DNA of 53,439 nucleotides. Source: Betaproteobacteria bacterium (lineage in GTDB: Bacteria; Pseudomonadota; Gammaproteobacteria; Burkholderiales; JAYUZG01). The position numbers and the translations under genes were made by a program. The notes under the pieces are model-generated. The model had not been told where the DNA came from, did no database searches, and saw only the letters and a list, made by a program, of their open reading frames with translations. This document shows positions 1-9,173 of the stretch, one piece after another (the stretch's first letter is position 1; every line of letters starts with the position of its first letter). The DNA lies in contig JAYUZG010000019.1 in assembly GCA_043751985.1 (NCBI GenBank), positions 1 through 53,439 on the forward strand, given 5' to 3'.

Positions 1-154
1 TCGACGCGACTTGCCGAAAGCTATACCGCTTTCTCAACCAGCGAAGAATGCGAAAGTAAGCCAGAATCTACCCACGAATTATCCCGACGAGCCAAAAAAA
101 GAGAACTCGTAACAGCAGACTACCCGAGTTTCACCAATATCGGAACACATGAAG

Positions 155-288
155 TGTAGGGTGGGCAAAGCGCAGCGTGCCCACGCGGGAACCGATAGAT
201 CAAATAAGCTGCCTTCGAAGAGCGTACACAAACCTTCACCAACGCCGTCCTTATCAGCGTGGGCAAGCTGCGCTTTGCCCACCCTACA
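155..288. repeat. Inverted pair of GTAG-headed REP-like palindromic elements
   Basis: tgtagggtgggcaaagcgcagcgtgcccacgcggg lies at 155-188. Its reverse complement (1 mismatch) lies at 258-288. Each copy has a 7-bp stem GTGGGCA/TGCCCAC. Confidence 0.7.
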
Positions 289-405
289 AATACCAAATCG
301 TGCCGCGCACAGGCGTTGGATCGACGTTGTTCGTTCATCGCCGTATTTCGTTATGTTGGCGAACCCGGGTTTCGCGCAAGGCTCAACCGAGGCTACCCGG
401 TCCTT

Positions 406-900
406 TTACTCAACCTTTTCCCAATAGTCGACAAACACACCCTGAAGTGTGGCAGTCATTTTATTGCCGTCATAAACGAGAAGAGGTGGGTCGAGCGGAT
501 GTTGATATGACACGCGTCCGTCGTGCCGGCCGATGGGCTCGCGCTTGGTCTCGCCACCTACCATGTAGGCCGGCGGGTTGCCGCTGCCATCGTCGAAAAT
601 CAGCAAGATGCGCGTTGCGGATACTTCCGAATCGGTCCACTCCCACTTCGATATTGAAGACAGCGACGCCGACTTTCCGTCCGGCGTGGGCCAGAACACG
701 ACGAGCTGATTGACGCCATTGTGAAATGACGAACGGCCTTGAACTATCGGCGGCTTGAGCGTCGTGCCGTCCGGCAATTTGCGCATGCTCAGTTGCCACG
801 TGCCATCGCGCGGATTGTCCGCATGGGCAAAATTTCCCAGAGCAATGCAAGTGAATATTGCAGCAACAACGCGACTCCAAAACAAGTATTGCTTGTTCAT
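406..900 (-). CDS. Secreted hypothetical protein (signal peptide; possibly a lipocalin-like beta-barrel)
   Basis: This lies within ORF 406..1044(-). The internal ATG at 900 gives MNKQYLFWSRVVAAIFTCIALGNFAHA, a typical signal peptide. The upstream part of the long ORF is not protein-like. I recognise no family with certainty. Confidence 0.6.
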   Translation of the reverse strand: MNKQYLFWSRVVAAIFTCIALGNFAHADNPRDGTWQLSMRKLPDGTTLKPPIVQGRSSFHNGVNQLVVFWPTPDGKSASLSSISKWEWTDSEVSATRILLIFDDGSGNPPAYMVGGETKREPIGRHDGRVSYQHPLDPPLLVYDGNKMTATLQGVFVDYWEKVE

Positions 901-1079
901 TTTTTCCTCCAGAAGTTGATGACGATAATGACAAAGCGTCCCGCTCGCGCGCGCCGGAAGTGGATCCGCAAGCTGCCCAAGCGGACGCGCAGTCAAATTA
1001 CGATCACCTCGCACGGTGGTCAATATGACTTTCGGCCAGGTCACGAAGTGTGCCTCTGCGCAACACGGTCACATATTCA

Positions 1080-2519
1080 TCAAGAAGGTAAGGCTGGGTG
1101 AAAAAAATATTCGCCTCCTCTCATATGCACGAATCCAGCGAAATCCACTTGGTTGTTCGCGCCCGCGCCTGGGTCATCCCACACCGTTGGAAGCTCCTGC
1201 TCGCCTGGTGTCGAGCAACCTTGTCCGATCACCGGATCGATGCCGTGCGGTCCGCCAGGTTGGCGCGGAAAATTGTGATTGTTTGCCCAAGTCTGCTGCG
1301 TGAACTTGAATTGCCGTGCAATCTCTTGGTTGTAGGCCATGAACAGTAGACCCACTCCAGCGCTAGGCAGCAATGGGGCGACCTTCTCATTGAATTCTCT
1401 CAGCGAACCTGCCTCGGGCAGTTCGTCCGGATGAATCACGCGCTTGACGTCTTCGAACGGAATACCCCGACGCGGCATCAGGTGAGTGCGCTCGTCGGTC
1501 GCCGCTTCCTCGCCGCCGCTGCCGCGCGGATTGGCTTTCCGGATATGCGCGTGAAACGGGCATCGCCTTGCCGGGTCGCCCTGATAGTTGAAGTTATTGG
1601 GAGGCCGTGCTCCACGCGCCGTGTTCGACAAGGTTACCGGCGTGCCGTCTTCGAAGCGCCCGACGATCATCGCGCCCGCCAGTTCGCGATCGTCACCCGT
1701 CAAACTTAGCGCGTCCGCGACTTCTTGCTCGCGCGTCTTGAATCGGCGCACGTCTTGCTCAAGTTTTCGGAAAATAAAGAAGCTGCCAAAGCTCACGCCA
1801 TCACTCGGACCCGGGTCTTGTACCAAAGCCGCGTTGAGCGAGAACGCGGAATCCCAGCGCGAAGACCCGGCCGTATCGATCTCGCGGTCGATGTCCTCTT
1901 GCAGTAATAGGGGTTGGCTGCGGCCGTCAACGTAGCCGAAATGCTCGATACCATTACCCTTCGCATTCTTTAGCGCGCGGCCGTGCTGCGTATGAACGAT
2001 GTGGCCCCCTGCGTCTTCGATTAATTCTTTTATTGCCGCGGTGAGCGCCGCCACTTCGCTCTCACTTTGGTGGGGGGCCAGCACCACCGCATGAATATCG
2101 TCTTGAAACACTGCCTCCCATTGGCCCAGCGCAGGATCGTTCAAGGCATTTCTGCTGAGCGCCGATCTCCTTCCTGCGCGAAAATCAGGATCGTCGGGGG
2201 CGTTTGCTTCCAGCCCGATGGCCTGATACCCGCTGAACGAAAGCGCGAGGTGCACAAACGGCCCACCTCCCGCTTCACCGGCCTTGAAGCGCTTGGCGTC
2301 GAGCAATTGGCGGTGAGCGCTGGTCAAGTGAAAATTGGCAAGCTCGCGCAGCATGCGGCGCGATGCCGATGGTTGATTGGCAGCGAAGCGAAAGAAGATA
2401 TTCGCGGTGTGCTCGCGCCCGTGGCCTTTGAGAATATTTCCCTGCAGGCATTGCAGTAATTTCAGTTCATCCGCATCCGCCTGCTGCCAGGCGAGCGGAG
2501 CGTTGAGATCAATAGGCAT
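1080..2519 (-). CDS. DyP-type (dye-decolorizing) peroxidase, long form
   Basis: The ORF is 479 aa. It carries the motifs LQGNILKGHGREH, RRGIPFED and GLLFMAY, typical of the DyP family. The SD GGAGGA ends 7 nt upstream of the ATG. Confidence 0.8.
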   Translation of the reverse strand: MPIDLNAPLAWQQADADELKLLQCLQGNILKGHGREHTANIFFRFAANQPSASRRMLRELANFHLTSAHRQLLDAKRFKAGEAGGGPFVHLALSFSGYQAIGLEANAPDDPDFRAGRRSALSRNALNDPALGQWEAVFQDDIHAVVLAPHQSESEVAALTAAIKELIEDAGGHIVHTQHGRALKNAKGNGIEHFGYVDGRSQPLLLQEDIDREIDTAGSSRWDSAFSLNAALVQDPGPSDGVSFGSFFIFRKLEQDVRRFKTREQEVADALSLTGDDRELAGAMIVGRFEDGTPVTLSNTARGARPPNNFNYQGDPARRCPFHAHIRKANPRGSGGEEAATDERTHLMPRRGIPFEDVKRVIHPDELPEAGSLREFNEKVAPLLPSAGVGLLFMAYNQEIARQFKFTQQTWANNHNFPRQPGGPHGIDPVIGQGCSTPGEQELPTVWDDPGAGANNQVDFAGFVHMRGGEYFFHPALPS

Positions 2520-2778
2520 AACCTGGTCCTCCGATGTTTGAGTTTCGATTCATGCTGGCGCCAAGTACGGCGGCCGCCGGCATAACAGTTCTGGACAGAA
2601 CAAAACAGCGCCGCGATTGGTTCGATCAAGCGGCGGGACGGAGGCTATGCCGGTAAAGTGATGAACGCCATATGATGAAAGGCATAAGCGCAAACGAAGA
2701 GCAGCGCCGCACTTATGCGCCCCGCGGGCACCAGCAGAGCGTGAAAACCTGCGATGACGCCGGTCGTTGCCCGCAGTC

Positions 2779-3819
2779 CTATCGCGTCAACCAGTGACGG
2801 ATCAAAGCCGACACTTGCTCGGGCCGCTCCATGGTCGACATGTGGCCGCATTGTTCCAGCACTTCGAGCTGGGCACCCGGAATAAGCCGCGCCATCTCTT
2901 CATGCCCATCCAGCGGGGTCAAGGCATCTTCGCGCCCGCACAGCACCAAGGTCGGGCAAAGTATATTCTTCAGATCGGGTCGACCGTCGGGACGAGACAT
3001 GATCGCGCGCTGCTGGCGGACGAAGGCCGGGACGCCGACGCGCTCGGCCATGTCGCGAATCGCGGCGACCAGAGTCTTGTCATCGATGCGCGACGAGTGA
3101 ACCATCAAGGGCAGCAAATGCCGCGTCACCGGCGTAAAACCGCGCTCCTTCTCGGCAAGATCGATCAGCATGCGCCGCCGCTCGGTTTGCTCGGGCAGTT
3201 CCGGCCGAGCGCTGGTGTCGAGTAATGCGAGTTTGCGCACGCGCTGCGGCGCCTGGCGCATGACTTCCTGCGCGACGTAGCCGCCCATCGACAGTCCGGC
3301 CAGCGCGAAGGTTTCGAACGGCGCTTCGCGCAGTACCGCCTCACCCATTGCGCGCATGGTCTGCGCACCGGTGAGATCGGCCACCCAGATGTCGGCCACA
3401 TCGGCCAGCGCTTTAATCTGTGCCGCCCACAACGCACGGTCGCAGAGCAAGCCCGGCAGCAACACCAGCGGCGTCTTCATGACTCCGAAGGCCGCCTCGC
3501 CCGCCTTGACCCAGATGCGCATGTCCCAGTTCCGGTACAAGGTCCAGATGTAATCGCGGGTCGCCGTTTCGCGCAAGCGATGAATATCATCGCGCTCCGC
3601 TTCGTCGATAAAGGCCTGGAACACTTCTTCGCTGGGAAACTCGACTACGATCATATGGCGCCGCACGCGATCGCCGTGCATATTGCGCAAGGGATCGGTC
3701 CCCGCGGCAATCACTCGTCCGCCCATGCGATAAATAATCTTGCCGGCCTTGACGCTGTAATCGCGATATTGATCTTCGTAGCCGGGAATCAGATTGAATA
3801 CGTTCAGCGCGTAGATCAT
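2779..3819 (-). CDS. DUF1330-like domain fused to an alpha/beta-fold hydrolase
   Basis: Residues 1-100 (MIYALNVFNLIPGYEDQYRDYSVKAGKII...VVEFPSEEVFQAF) resemble DUF1330. Residues about 115-346 are an alpha/beta hydrolase with the nucleophile elbow GLSMGG. The ATG at 3817-3819 overlaps the upstream TGA (ATGA). Confidence 0.8.
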   Translation of the reverse strand: MIYALNVFNLIPGYEDQYRDYSVKAGKIIYRMGGRVIAAGTDPLRNMHGDRVRRHMIVVEFPSEEVFQAFIDEAERDDIHRLRETATRDYIWTLYRNWDMRIWVKAGEAAFGVMKTPLVLLPGLLCDRALWAAQIKALADVADIWVADLTGAQTMRAMGEAVLREAPFETFALAGLSMGGYVAQEVMRQAPQRVRKLALLDTSARPELPEQTERRRMLIDLAEKERGFTPVTRHLLPLMVHSSRIDDKTLVAAIRDMAERVGVPAFVRQQRAIMSRPDGRPDLKNILCPTLVLCGREDALTPLDGHEEMARLIPGAQLEVLEQCGHMSTMERPEQVSALIRHWLTR

Positions 3820-6800
3820 GCGGCTCCTTCGCTCAACCACGAGGTCATCATCGCTTGCAGCTTCTCCTTGCTAAACGGCTTCGCCAAATAGTCGTCCATG
3901 CCACAGGCGAGACAGCGCTCTCGATCGCCTTTCATTGCATTGGCGGTCAAGGCGACAATCGGGACGCGAGCGCGCCGCTCGGAGGCGCCCGCGCGACTGG
4001 CTTCGCTTTCGCGTATCCGACGCGTCGCCTCGAATCCATCCATCTCCGGCATGTGGCAGTCCATCAGCACCAGATCGTAGTCGGTTTGTTGCAATGCCTC
4101 CACCACCTCGATGCCGGTGGAGACAGCGTCCACCTCGATCCCGAGATTGCGCAACAACGTCGTGGCAACCGCACGATTGATCCCGTTATCCTCCGCCAGC
4201 AACACGCGGCTACCGCGACCGGTTTTGCGTTGCGGCGTCGCCACCGCGCCGGGTTGCGCTGGGGCGCCGATCGTTGTCTCAACCGCGTCTCGCTCCGCGA
4301 CCGGCAGAGTAAACCAGAATTTGGAGCCAATCCCCACGCGGCTGGACACGCCTACCGTGCCGCCCATCAGTTCGACCAGTTGTTTGGTGATCGCCAAGCC
4401 GAGGCCGGTGCCGCCGTGTTTGCGCGTGGTCGAAGCGTCGACTTGGGTAAAAGGGGCAAATAACTGCGCTAAGCCCTCTTCCGCGATTCCGATACCGGAA
4501 TCGGTCACCTCGAATTTCAAAATCCTAGTGCCTGAGCTCAAAGTTATGGTGCTTGACTCCGCCTCGCCCTTCCCGGCCGAAGAGGCGGACACGCGCAACG
4601 TCACATGCCCGCTCTCGGTAAATTTGATCGCATTGCCGATCAGGTTGTTGAGAATCTGGCGCAGACGAAGCGGATCGACGCTTCCCGCCGCGGGCACTTT
4701 GCTTTCGACTGTGTGGCGAATAGAAATATTCTTGTTGCGTGCTTGGATTTGCCATCGATCGATCACTTCCTTAACCAGTTCGGCGATATTCACGTCGAGC
4801 AGATCGACATCCAGTTTGCCCGCTTCAATCTTCGAAAAATCCAGAATGTCATTGACGATTCCCAGCAAGGCTTCTCCAGAGTGTTGCGCGCCCACGGCGT
4901 ATTTCCGTTGCGTCGAATCGAGACCCGAATCAAGCAACAACTCGGTCATGCCGAGGACGCCATTGAGCGGAGTGCGAATTTCGTGACTCATGTTGGCCAG
5001 GAATTGAGATTTCGCGCGATTGGCTTGTTCCGCCGCCGCTTTGGCCACCAGGAGTTTTTCTTCCGCTTCTTCGCGCTGGCGCAGCGCTTCATTCAAATCC
5101 GCGACGCGCTGAGCCAGCGTCCCGTTGGTCGTTTGCAATTCATCGCGTGCCTGTTGCAGTCCGTTGCGCGCGCCATCCAATCCAAACGCCGCTTCGCCAA
5201 TTTCTGCCTGGAGCGTATTGAAATTCGCCGCCATGTCGCCCAATTCATCGCGCGAATGCACGACAATCGGTGTCACGTTGACGCGCGCATGCGCGTCCGA
5301 CAGATTGCCCCGCCCCAACGCCTGCATGGCGCGGGTGAAATCGGCCACGGTGCCGCGTGCCAGACGCGTTGCCGCATCCGACACCTGCGTTGCTGAATGG
5401 GCAATCATCCCCGGCAGCACCAGCCCCACCGTGATGGTCAGCATCGCCACCAGGACGAAGATGTCTTCCAACGCCGCGATCAGCACGTTGTGAGTGTTCG
5501 GCACTGACTGCACTGCAAGCAAATAGCCCGCGCCATCCAGCAGTAACACTGCGAGCATCGCGCCGGTGAGCTTGATGTGCAGCGATCCGGTGATACCCGG
5601 CAATCCTGCGGCGCGCCGGTCCATGATTTTGCGCACGGCATATAGCGCCGCGCCGGAATAAGCAAACGCCAGTCCGATCAAAACAGTAGGCAATCCAAAC
5701 TGCTGGAACCCCAGCACGGCGGAGATCGCCCAGGCACAGGCGGCCAATAATCCTAAAGCGATGGTGCCTCGGGGTGCGCGATAAGGGCGCGGCATCTCGG
5801 GTGCATCGCGTCTGAGCAGCCACACCGCGACGCTGGGCAGGCAGATGCCAATCAAATAGGTAAAATTGGCGGCGGCGATCAACCATACCGGGTCGCCGAT
5901 CAACAGAAAAAAAATCGCCATCACCGCAGTCAACAAGATGGCAACCCAAGGCGCATCGGTCCTGGAGCGCAATGCCAGCACTTTGGGTAGCAGCCCGTCT
6001 TCGGCCAACTGTGAAAGTGTGCGTGAGGCGCCGGCCAGTGGTTGCACCGTGCCGTGGAACATGTTGAACATCATGAACCAGATGGCCGCGGCCTTCGCCG
6101 CGCTACCGAGCAGCGGCGCGAACGTGGGGCCGAGCACGAGGGCCAGGTCTTTACCCATGGGTTCGGCACCCAGCGTGCCCAGCCAAATCAGCGGCAAGAC
6201 GATGAAATAAACGGCCGCCATCAGACCCGCGGCGAGCATCGCCCGCGGTACATTCTTCTGCGCCTCGCGCATCTCGCCGACGTGGCAGGCGGCCGCTTCG
6301 AAAGCGGGCGCGGCAAAACCGATCAAATAAAGACCGGCCATCAAGGCAGTGATCTGACCAAACCATCCGTCAAAAGGCGTGGTGAGATGAAAGGTCAAGG
6401 CTTGTTGCCAGTCCACCTGGCCCGACCACATTGGCACCACGCCGGAGAGAAAAGCCAGAGCCGCCGACGCCGTGGCGATCGGGCTCACCACGCGCGCAAC
6501 CCAGGCAATGCCACACAGATTGAGCACCGCGAAGAACGCAACCAGGCCGCACGCCATGACGTTGACCGGAACGCCCGGCAGATACCACGCGTGAATCGCC
6601 GAGGCGGACAAAATCGCCGTCAATCCGCAGGTTGGAACCCAACCCCACCAATAACAGGTGCCGGCGAGATTGCCCAACACCGGCGCATACGGACGAAACG
6701 CTTCGCCGCACGTCGCGGCAATCCCGCCTACGCGGTTCGGCCACATCAAGACCAGTTCGGTCCAGCCAGGCGCGGCCGCCCAACTCAACAACAATCCCAC

Positions 6801-6986
6801 GACCAGCAACGGTACCGCGGCGCTGCCCTGGCCGATGATGTCGCCCTGACCTATAAACAAAGCGCCGATGAGAAACAGGCTTTGATTGCTTCCGCCCATC
6901 GCCAGGGCGGTGGTGCCAAACCAACCCAGGGTGCGCGGATGATCCGGATAGACCGTTGGTTCAGAGTTCGTAACGGAATTCGTCAT
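3816..6986 (-). CDS. Hybrid sensor histidine kinase with an N-terminal APC-superfamily permease-like domain (permease-2TM-HAMP-HisKA-HATPase-REC)
   Basis: The ORF is 1056 aa. There are about 12 hydrophobic spans with APC-like motifs (ELVLMWPNRVGGIAATCGEAF, CYWWGWVPT). The H-box is SHEIRTPLNG (His668). The N and G boxes are NLIGNAIKFT and GTGLGLAI. The receiver carries DLVLMDCHMPEMDG (Asp976). Confidence 0.88.
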   Translation of the reverse strand: MTNSVTNSEPTVYPDHPRTLGWFGTTALAMGGSNQSLFLIGALFIGQGDIIGQGSAAVPLLVVGLLLSWAAAPGWTELVLMWPNRVGGIAATCGEAFRPYAPVLGNLAGTCYWWGWVPTCGLTAILSASAIHAWYLPGVPVNVMACGLVAFFAVLNLCGIAWVARVVSPIATASAALAFLSGVVPMWSGQVDWQQALTFHLTTPFDGWFGQITALMAGLYLIGFAAPAFEAAACHVGEMREAQKNVPRAMLAAGLMAAVYFIVLPLIWLGTLGAEPMGKDLALVLGPTFAPLLGSAAKAAAIWFMMFNMFHGTVQPLAGASRTLSQLAEDGLLPKVLALRSRTDAPWVAILLTAVMAIFFLLIGDPVWLIAAANFTYLIGICLPSVAVWLLRRDAPEMPRPYRAPRGTIALGLLAACAWAISAVLGFQQFGLPTVLIGLAFAYSGAALYAVRKIMDRRAAGLPGITGSLHIKLTGAMLAVLLLDGAGYLLAVQSVPNTHNVLIAALEDIFVLVAMLTITVGLVLPGMIAHSATQVSDAATRLARGTVADFTRAMQALGRGNLSDAHARVNVTPIVVHSRDELGDMAANFNTLQAEIGEAAFGLDGARNGLQQARDELQTTNGTLAQRVADLNEALRQREEAEEKLLVAKAAAEQANRAKSQFLANMSHEIRTPLNGVLGMTELLLDSGLDSTQRKYAVGAQHSGEALLGIVNDILDFSKIEAGKLDVDLLDVNIAELVKEVIDRWQIQARNKNISIRHTVESKVPAAGSVDPLRLRQILNNLIGNAIKFTESGHVTLRVSASSAGKGEAESSTITLSSGTRILKFEVTDSGIGIAEEGLAQLFAPFTQVDASTTRKHGGTGLGLAITKQLVELMGGTVGVSSRVGIGSKFWFTLPVAERDAVETTIGAPAQPGAVATPQRKTGRGSRVLLAEDNGINRAVATTLLRNLGIEVDAVSTGIEVVEALQQTDYDLVLMDCHMPEMDGFEATRRIRESEASRAGASERRARVPIVALTANAMKGDRERCLACGMDDYLAKPFSKEKLQAMMTSWLSEGAA

Positions 6987-7186
6987 GGTGACCCAAGAAA
7001 GTTTTGGCGATCACGTCCAAATCTATTCTACTCGACCGAGTGGCGTTGTTAACGCCCTTCAAATTGTTTTGGATTCGTTATCTTCCGTCGCGTGAGACAA
7101 CGCAGCGGCAGCCATTCGGGAAACCGAACGCGAGCCGGCATGCTACATTGCCTCTCGAAATACTATCCAAACCGAGGAGAAAAATA

Positions 7187-8185
7187 ATGTCTGCCAACAC
7201 GCAAGTCCTGCTCGCCAGCCGACCGCAGGGGTGGGTGACGGAATCCGACTTTCGTATCGTCGAGTCGGACATCGCGAAGCCGCGTGGCAGCGAACTGCTG
7301 ATCAAAAATAAATGGCTATCGCTCGACCCCTACATGCGCGGGCGCATGAGCGATGCGAAGTCTTACTCGGCCCCGGTGCAGATCGGCGAGGTGATGACCG
7401 GCGGCGCAGCGGGCGAGGTGATCGAGTCCAATCATCCGCGCTTCAAGGTGGGCGATCACGTAGTTGGCATTCTCGGCTGGCAGGAGTATGCGATTGCAAG
7501 CGGTGAGGGTCTGAGTAAAGTCGATCCAAAATTGGTGCCGCTGTCGTGTTATCTCGGCGTGGTCGGTATGCCGGGCGCGACGGCGTGGATCGGACTGCTG
7601 GAGCATTGCAAGCCCGTCACCGGCGAAACGGTAGTGGTGTCCGCCGCGTCCGGCGCGGTCGGCAGCGTGGTGGGTCAACTCGCCAAGATGCAAGGCTGTC
7701 GCGTGGTCGGTATCGCCGGTGGAAAAACCAAATGCGACTTCGTGGTGAAAGAATACGGTCTTGATGCCTGCGTCGATTACCAGGGCGGCAATCTGGTGAA
7801 TGATCTGAAGGCCGCGTGCCCGGACGGAGTGGACTGTTACTTTGAAAACGTGGGAGGTGAGGTGATGGATGCGGTGTTCCGTTGCCTCAATGCGTTCTCG
7901 CGCGTGGCACTGTGCGGACTGATCGCCGACTACAACACCGACGATCCGCACGGCGTGAAAATGATTCGCTCGCTATTGGTGAATCGCGTCAATCTGCGCG
8001 GCTTCATTGTGACCGATCGCATGGACCTGTATCCCAAGGCGTTGTTGCAGCTCGGTCGCTGGGTCGCGCAAGGGAAAATCAAATATCACGAGAGCGTAGC
8101 GCAGGGTCTGCGCAGCGCGCCCGCCGCCTTCATCGGCATGCTGAAAGGAAAGAATCTCGGCAAGCAGTTGGTCAAACTTACCTGA
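7187..8185 (+). CDS. NADP-dependent oxidoreductase, medium-chain reductase family (YncB/CurA/LTB4-dehydrogenase-like)
   Basis: An SD GAGGAGA lies 6 nt before the ATG at 7187. The sequence includes LSLDPYMRGRM and the nucleotide-binding stretch VVSAASGAVGSVVGQLAK. The 61-aa upstream extension of the ORF is not protein-like. Confidence 0.85.
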   Translation: MSANTQVLLASRPQGWVTESDFRIVESDIAKPRGSELLIKNKWLSLDPYMRGRMSDAKSYSAPVQIGEVMTGGAAGEVIESNHPRFKVGDHVVGILGWQEYAIASGEGLSKVDPKLVPLSCYLGVVGMPGATAWIGLLEHCKPVTGETVVVSAASGAVGSVVGQLAKMQGCRVVGIAGGKTKCDFVVKEYGLDACVDYQGGNLVNDLKAACPDGVDCYFENVGGEVMDAVFRCLNAFSRVALCGLIADYNTDDPHGVKMIRSLLVNRVNLRGFIVTDRMDLYPKALLQLGRWVAQGKIKYHESVAQGLRSAPAAFIGMLKGKNLGKQLVKLT

Positions 8186-8222
8186 GAAAGCACTTCAACA
8201 ACTGGCAAACGCCTTCAGGCAA

Positions 8223-9047
8223 ATGAGGAGCATTCTTCGCTACGCCGGCATTTGCGCAGGATCCGCTTCCATGCTGTTCGTGCTCGCTGCCTTGGCGTCC
8301 ACTTCAGAAGGCCTGCGCTTTTCGTTCGAGCGTGCAAACAGCGCCTCGCCGCAAACGCTGTATCTCAAAGGTGAGATCAACGTCGGCGACACACGGCGCA
8401 TGATCGCCTTTCTGCGCGAGCACCCGGCCGCCTTCATCGAGCATGGCGGCGACGCGGTGCTGGCGATCGACGGCGGCGATGTGCTGGAAGCGATTGAGAT
8501 GGGGCAACTGTTTCGCGACGCGATGATCGCGCTTCAACTCACCGACCGCGGTCGCGCGCGCTGCGTGAGCGCGTGTTTTTTCATTTACGCCAACGCAGTT
8601 TCACGAATTGCGACGGAAGGCACCGTTGGTATTCACCGGCCGCACATCGATTCCGCAAGTCTCGCGCGCTCCACGCCCGCGCAAGTGCGCGAGCGCTACG
8701 CTGCATTATTTTCGGATACCGCCAAACAGCTCGAAGCGCTGCCGGTTCCGCGCGATGTGATCGAGAATTTACTGCGCACCGCGCCAAACGAGACCTATTG
8801 GTTGTCGCGCGAAGAACTTGAGCGAATAGGCGAGCTCGCACCTTGGTTTGACGATTTCTCCGCCGCAAAGTGCGGGACTGGTCCGGCGTTGTCGATCCGG
8901 CTGCGCAAGGCCGAAGCTGCGGGTTATGAGCTGGATGCCGCGGCGCTGCGAGAAGAGCTCGCTCGCGCCCGTGACTGCGTGGACGCGCTAAGAAAGCAAC
9001 AACGGCAGAAGTTCGTCGACGATTGGGCGCGCGCGATCAAACCTTAA
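8223..9047 (+). CDS. Membrane-anchored or periplasmic hypothetical protein with a ClpP/SppA-like core (COG3904-type, tentative)
   Basis: The ORF is 274 aa with an N-terminal hydrophobic segment, ICAGSASMLFVLAALAS. The central region (AIDGGDVLEAIEMG...CVSACFFIY...GIHRP) resembles the ClpP/crotonase fold. Confidence 0.5.
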   Translation: MRSILRYAGICAGSASMLFVLAALASTSEGLRFSFERANSASPQTLYLKGEINVGDTRRMIAFLREHPAAFIEHGGDAVLAIDGGDVLEAIEMGQLFRDAMIALQLTDRGRARCVSACFFIYANAVSRIATEGTVGIHRPHIDSASLARSTPAQVRERYAALFSDTAKQLEALPVPRDVIENLLRTAPNETYWLSREELERIGELAPWFDDFSAAKCGTGPALSIRLRKAEAAGYELDAAALREELARARDCVDALRKQQRQKFVDDWARAIKP

Positions 9048-9080
9048 ACCCAGCCATTCTCCACTGAGACTCAGACTCTT

Positions 9081-9115
9081 TGTAGGGTGAGCCAAGTGCA
9101 GCGTGCCCACGCGGG
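9081..9115 (+). repeat. REP-like element, same family as 155-188
   Basis: The sequence is tgtagggtgagccaagtgcagcgtgcccacgcggg. It lies between convergent genes. Confidence 0.6.
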
Positions 9116-9173
9116 CAGGAAACCATAAAGCGCCTACCGCGGAGGACACCGAGGAACGGCATCTTCAGGTATT

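Noticed and set aside
1-159. An open frame enters from the left edge (..STRLAESYTAFSTSEECESKPESTHELSRRAKKRELVTADYPSFTNIGTHEV*). The segment is AT-richer, about 48% G+C over nt 1-120.
   Set aside because: There is no start within the window and I recognise no family. The stop lies inside a REP element. It may be the 3' end of a foreign gene, but 52 codons are not enough to call it.
1080-2519. The DyP peroxidase might be encapsulin cargo.
   Set aside because: No encapsulin shell gene is adjacent. The C-terminus (..MRGGEYFFHPALPS) does not resemble the usual cargo-loading peptide.
2645-2851. A 68-aa ORF has a hydrophobic C-terminal half. It lies in the gap between the hydrolase and DyP genes.
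   Set aside because: Its first 24 codons overlap the hydrolase 3' end in another frame. It has no SD and no internal start after the hydrolase stop. It is probably spurious.
7004-7186. The oxidoreductase ORF has a 61-aa N-terminal extension. Similar upstream extensions occur on the panC, purN, rsmB, livF and livG ORFs.
   Set aside because: The internal starts match homolog N-termini. They have SD sequences or stop/start coupling with the upstream gene. The extensions overlap neighbours or are not protein-like.
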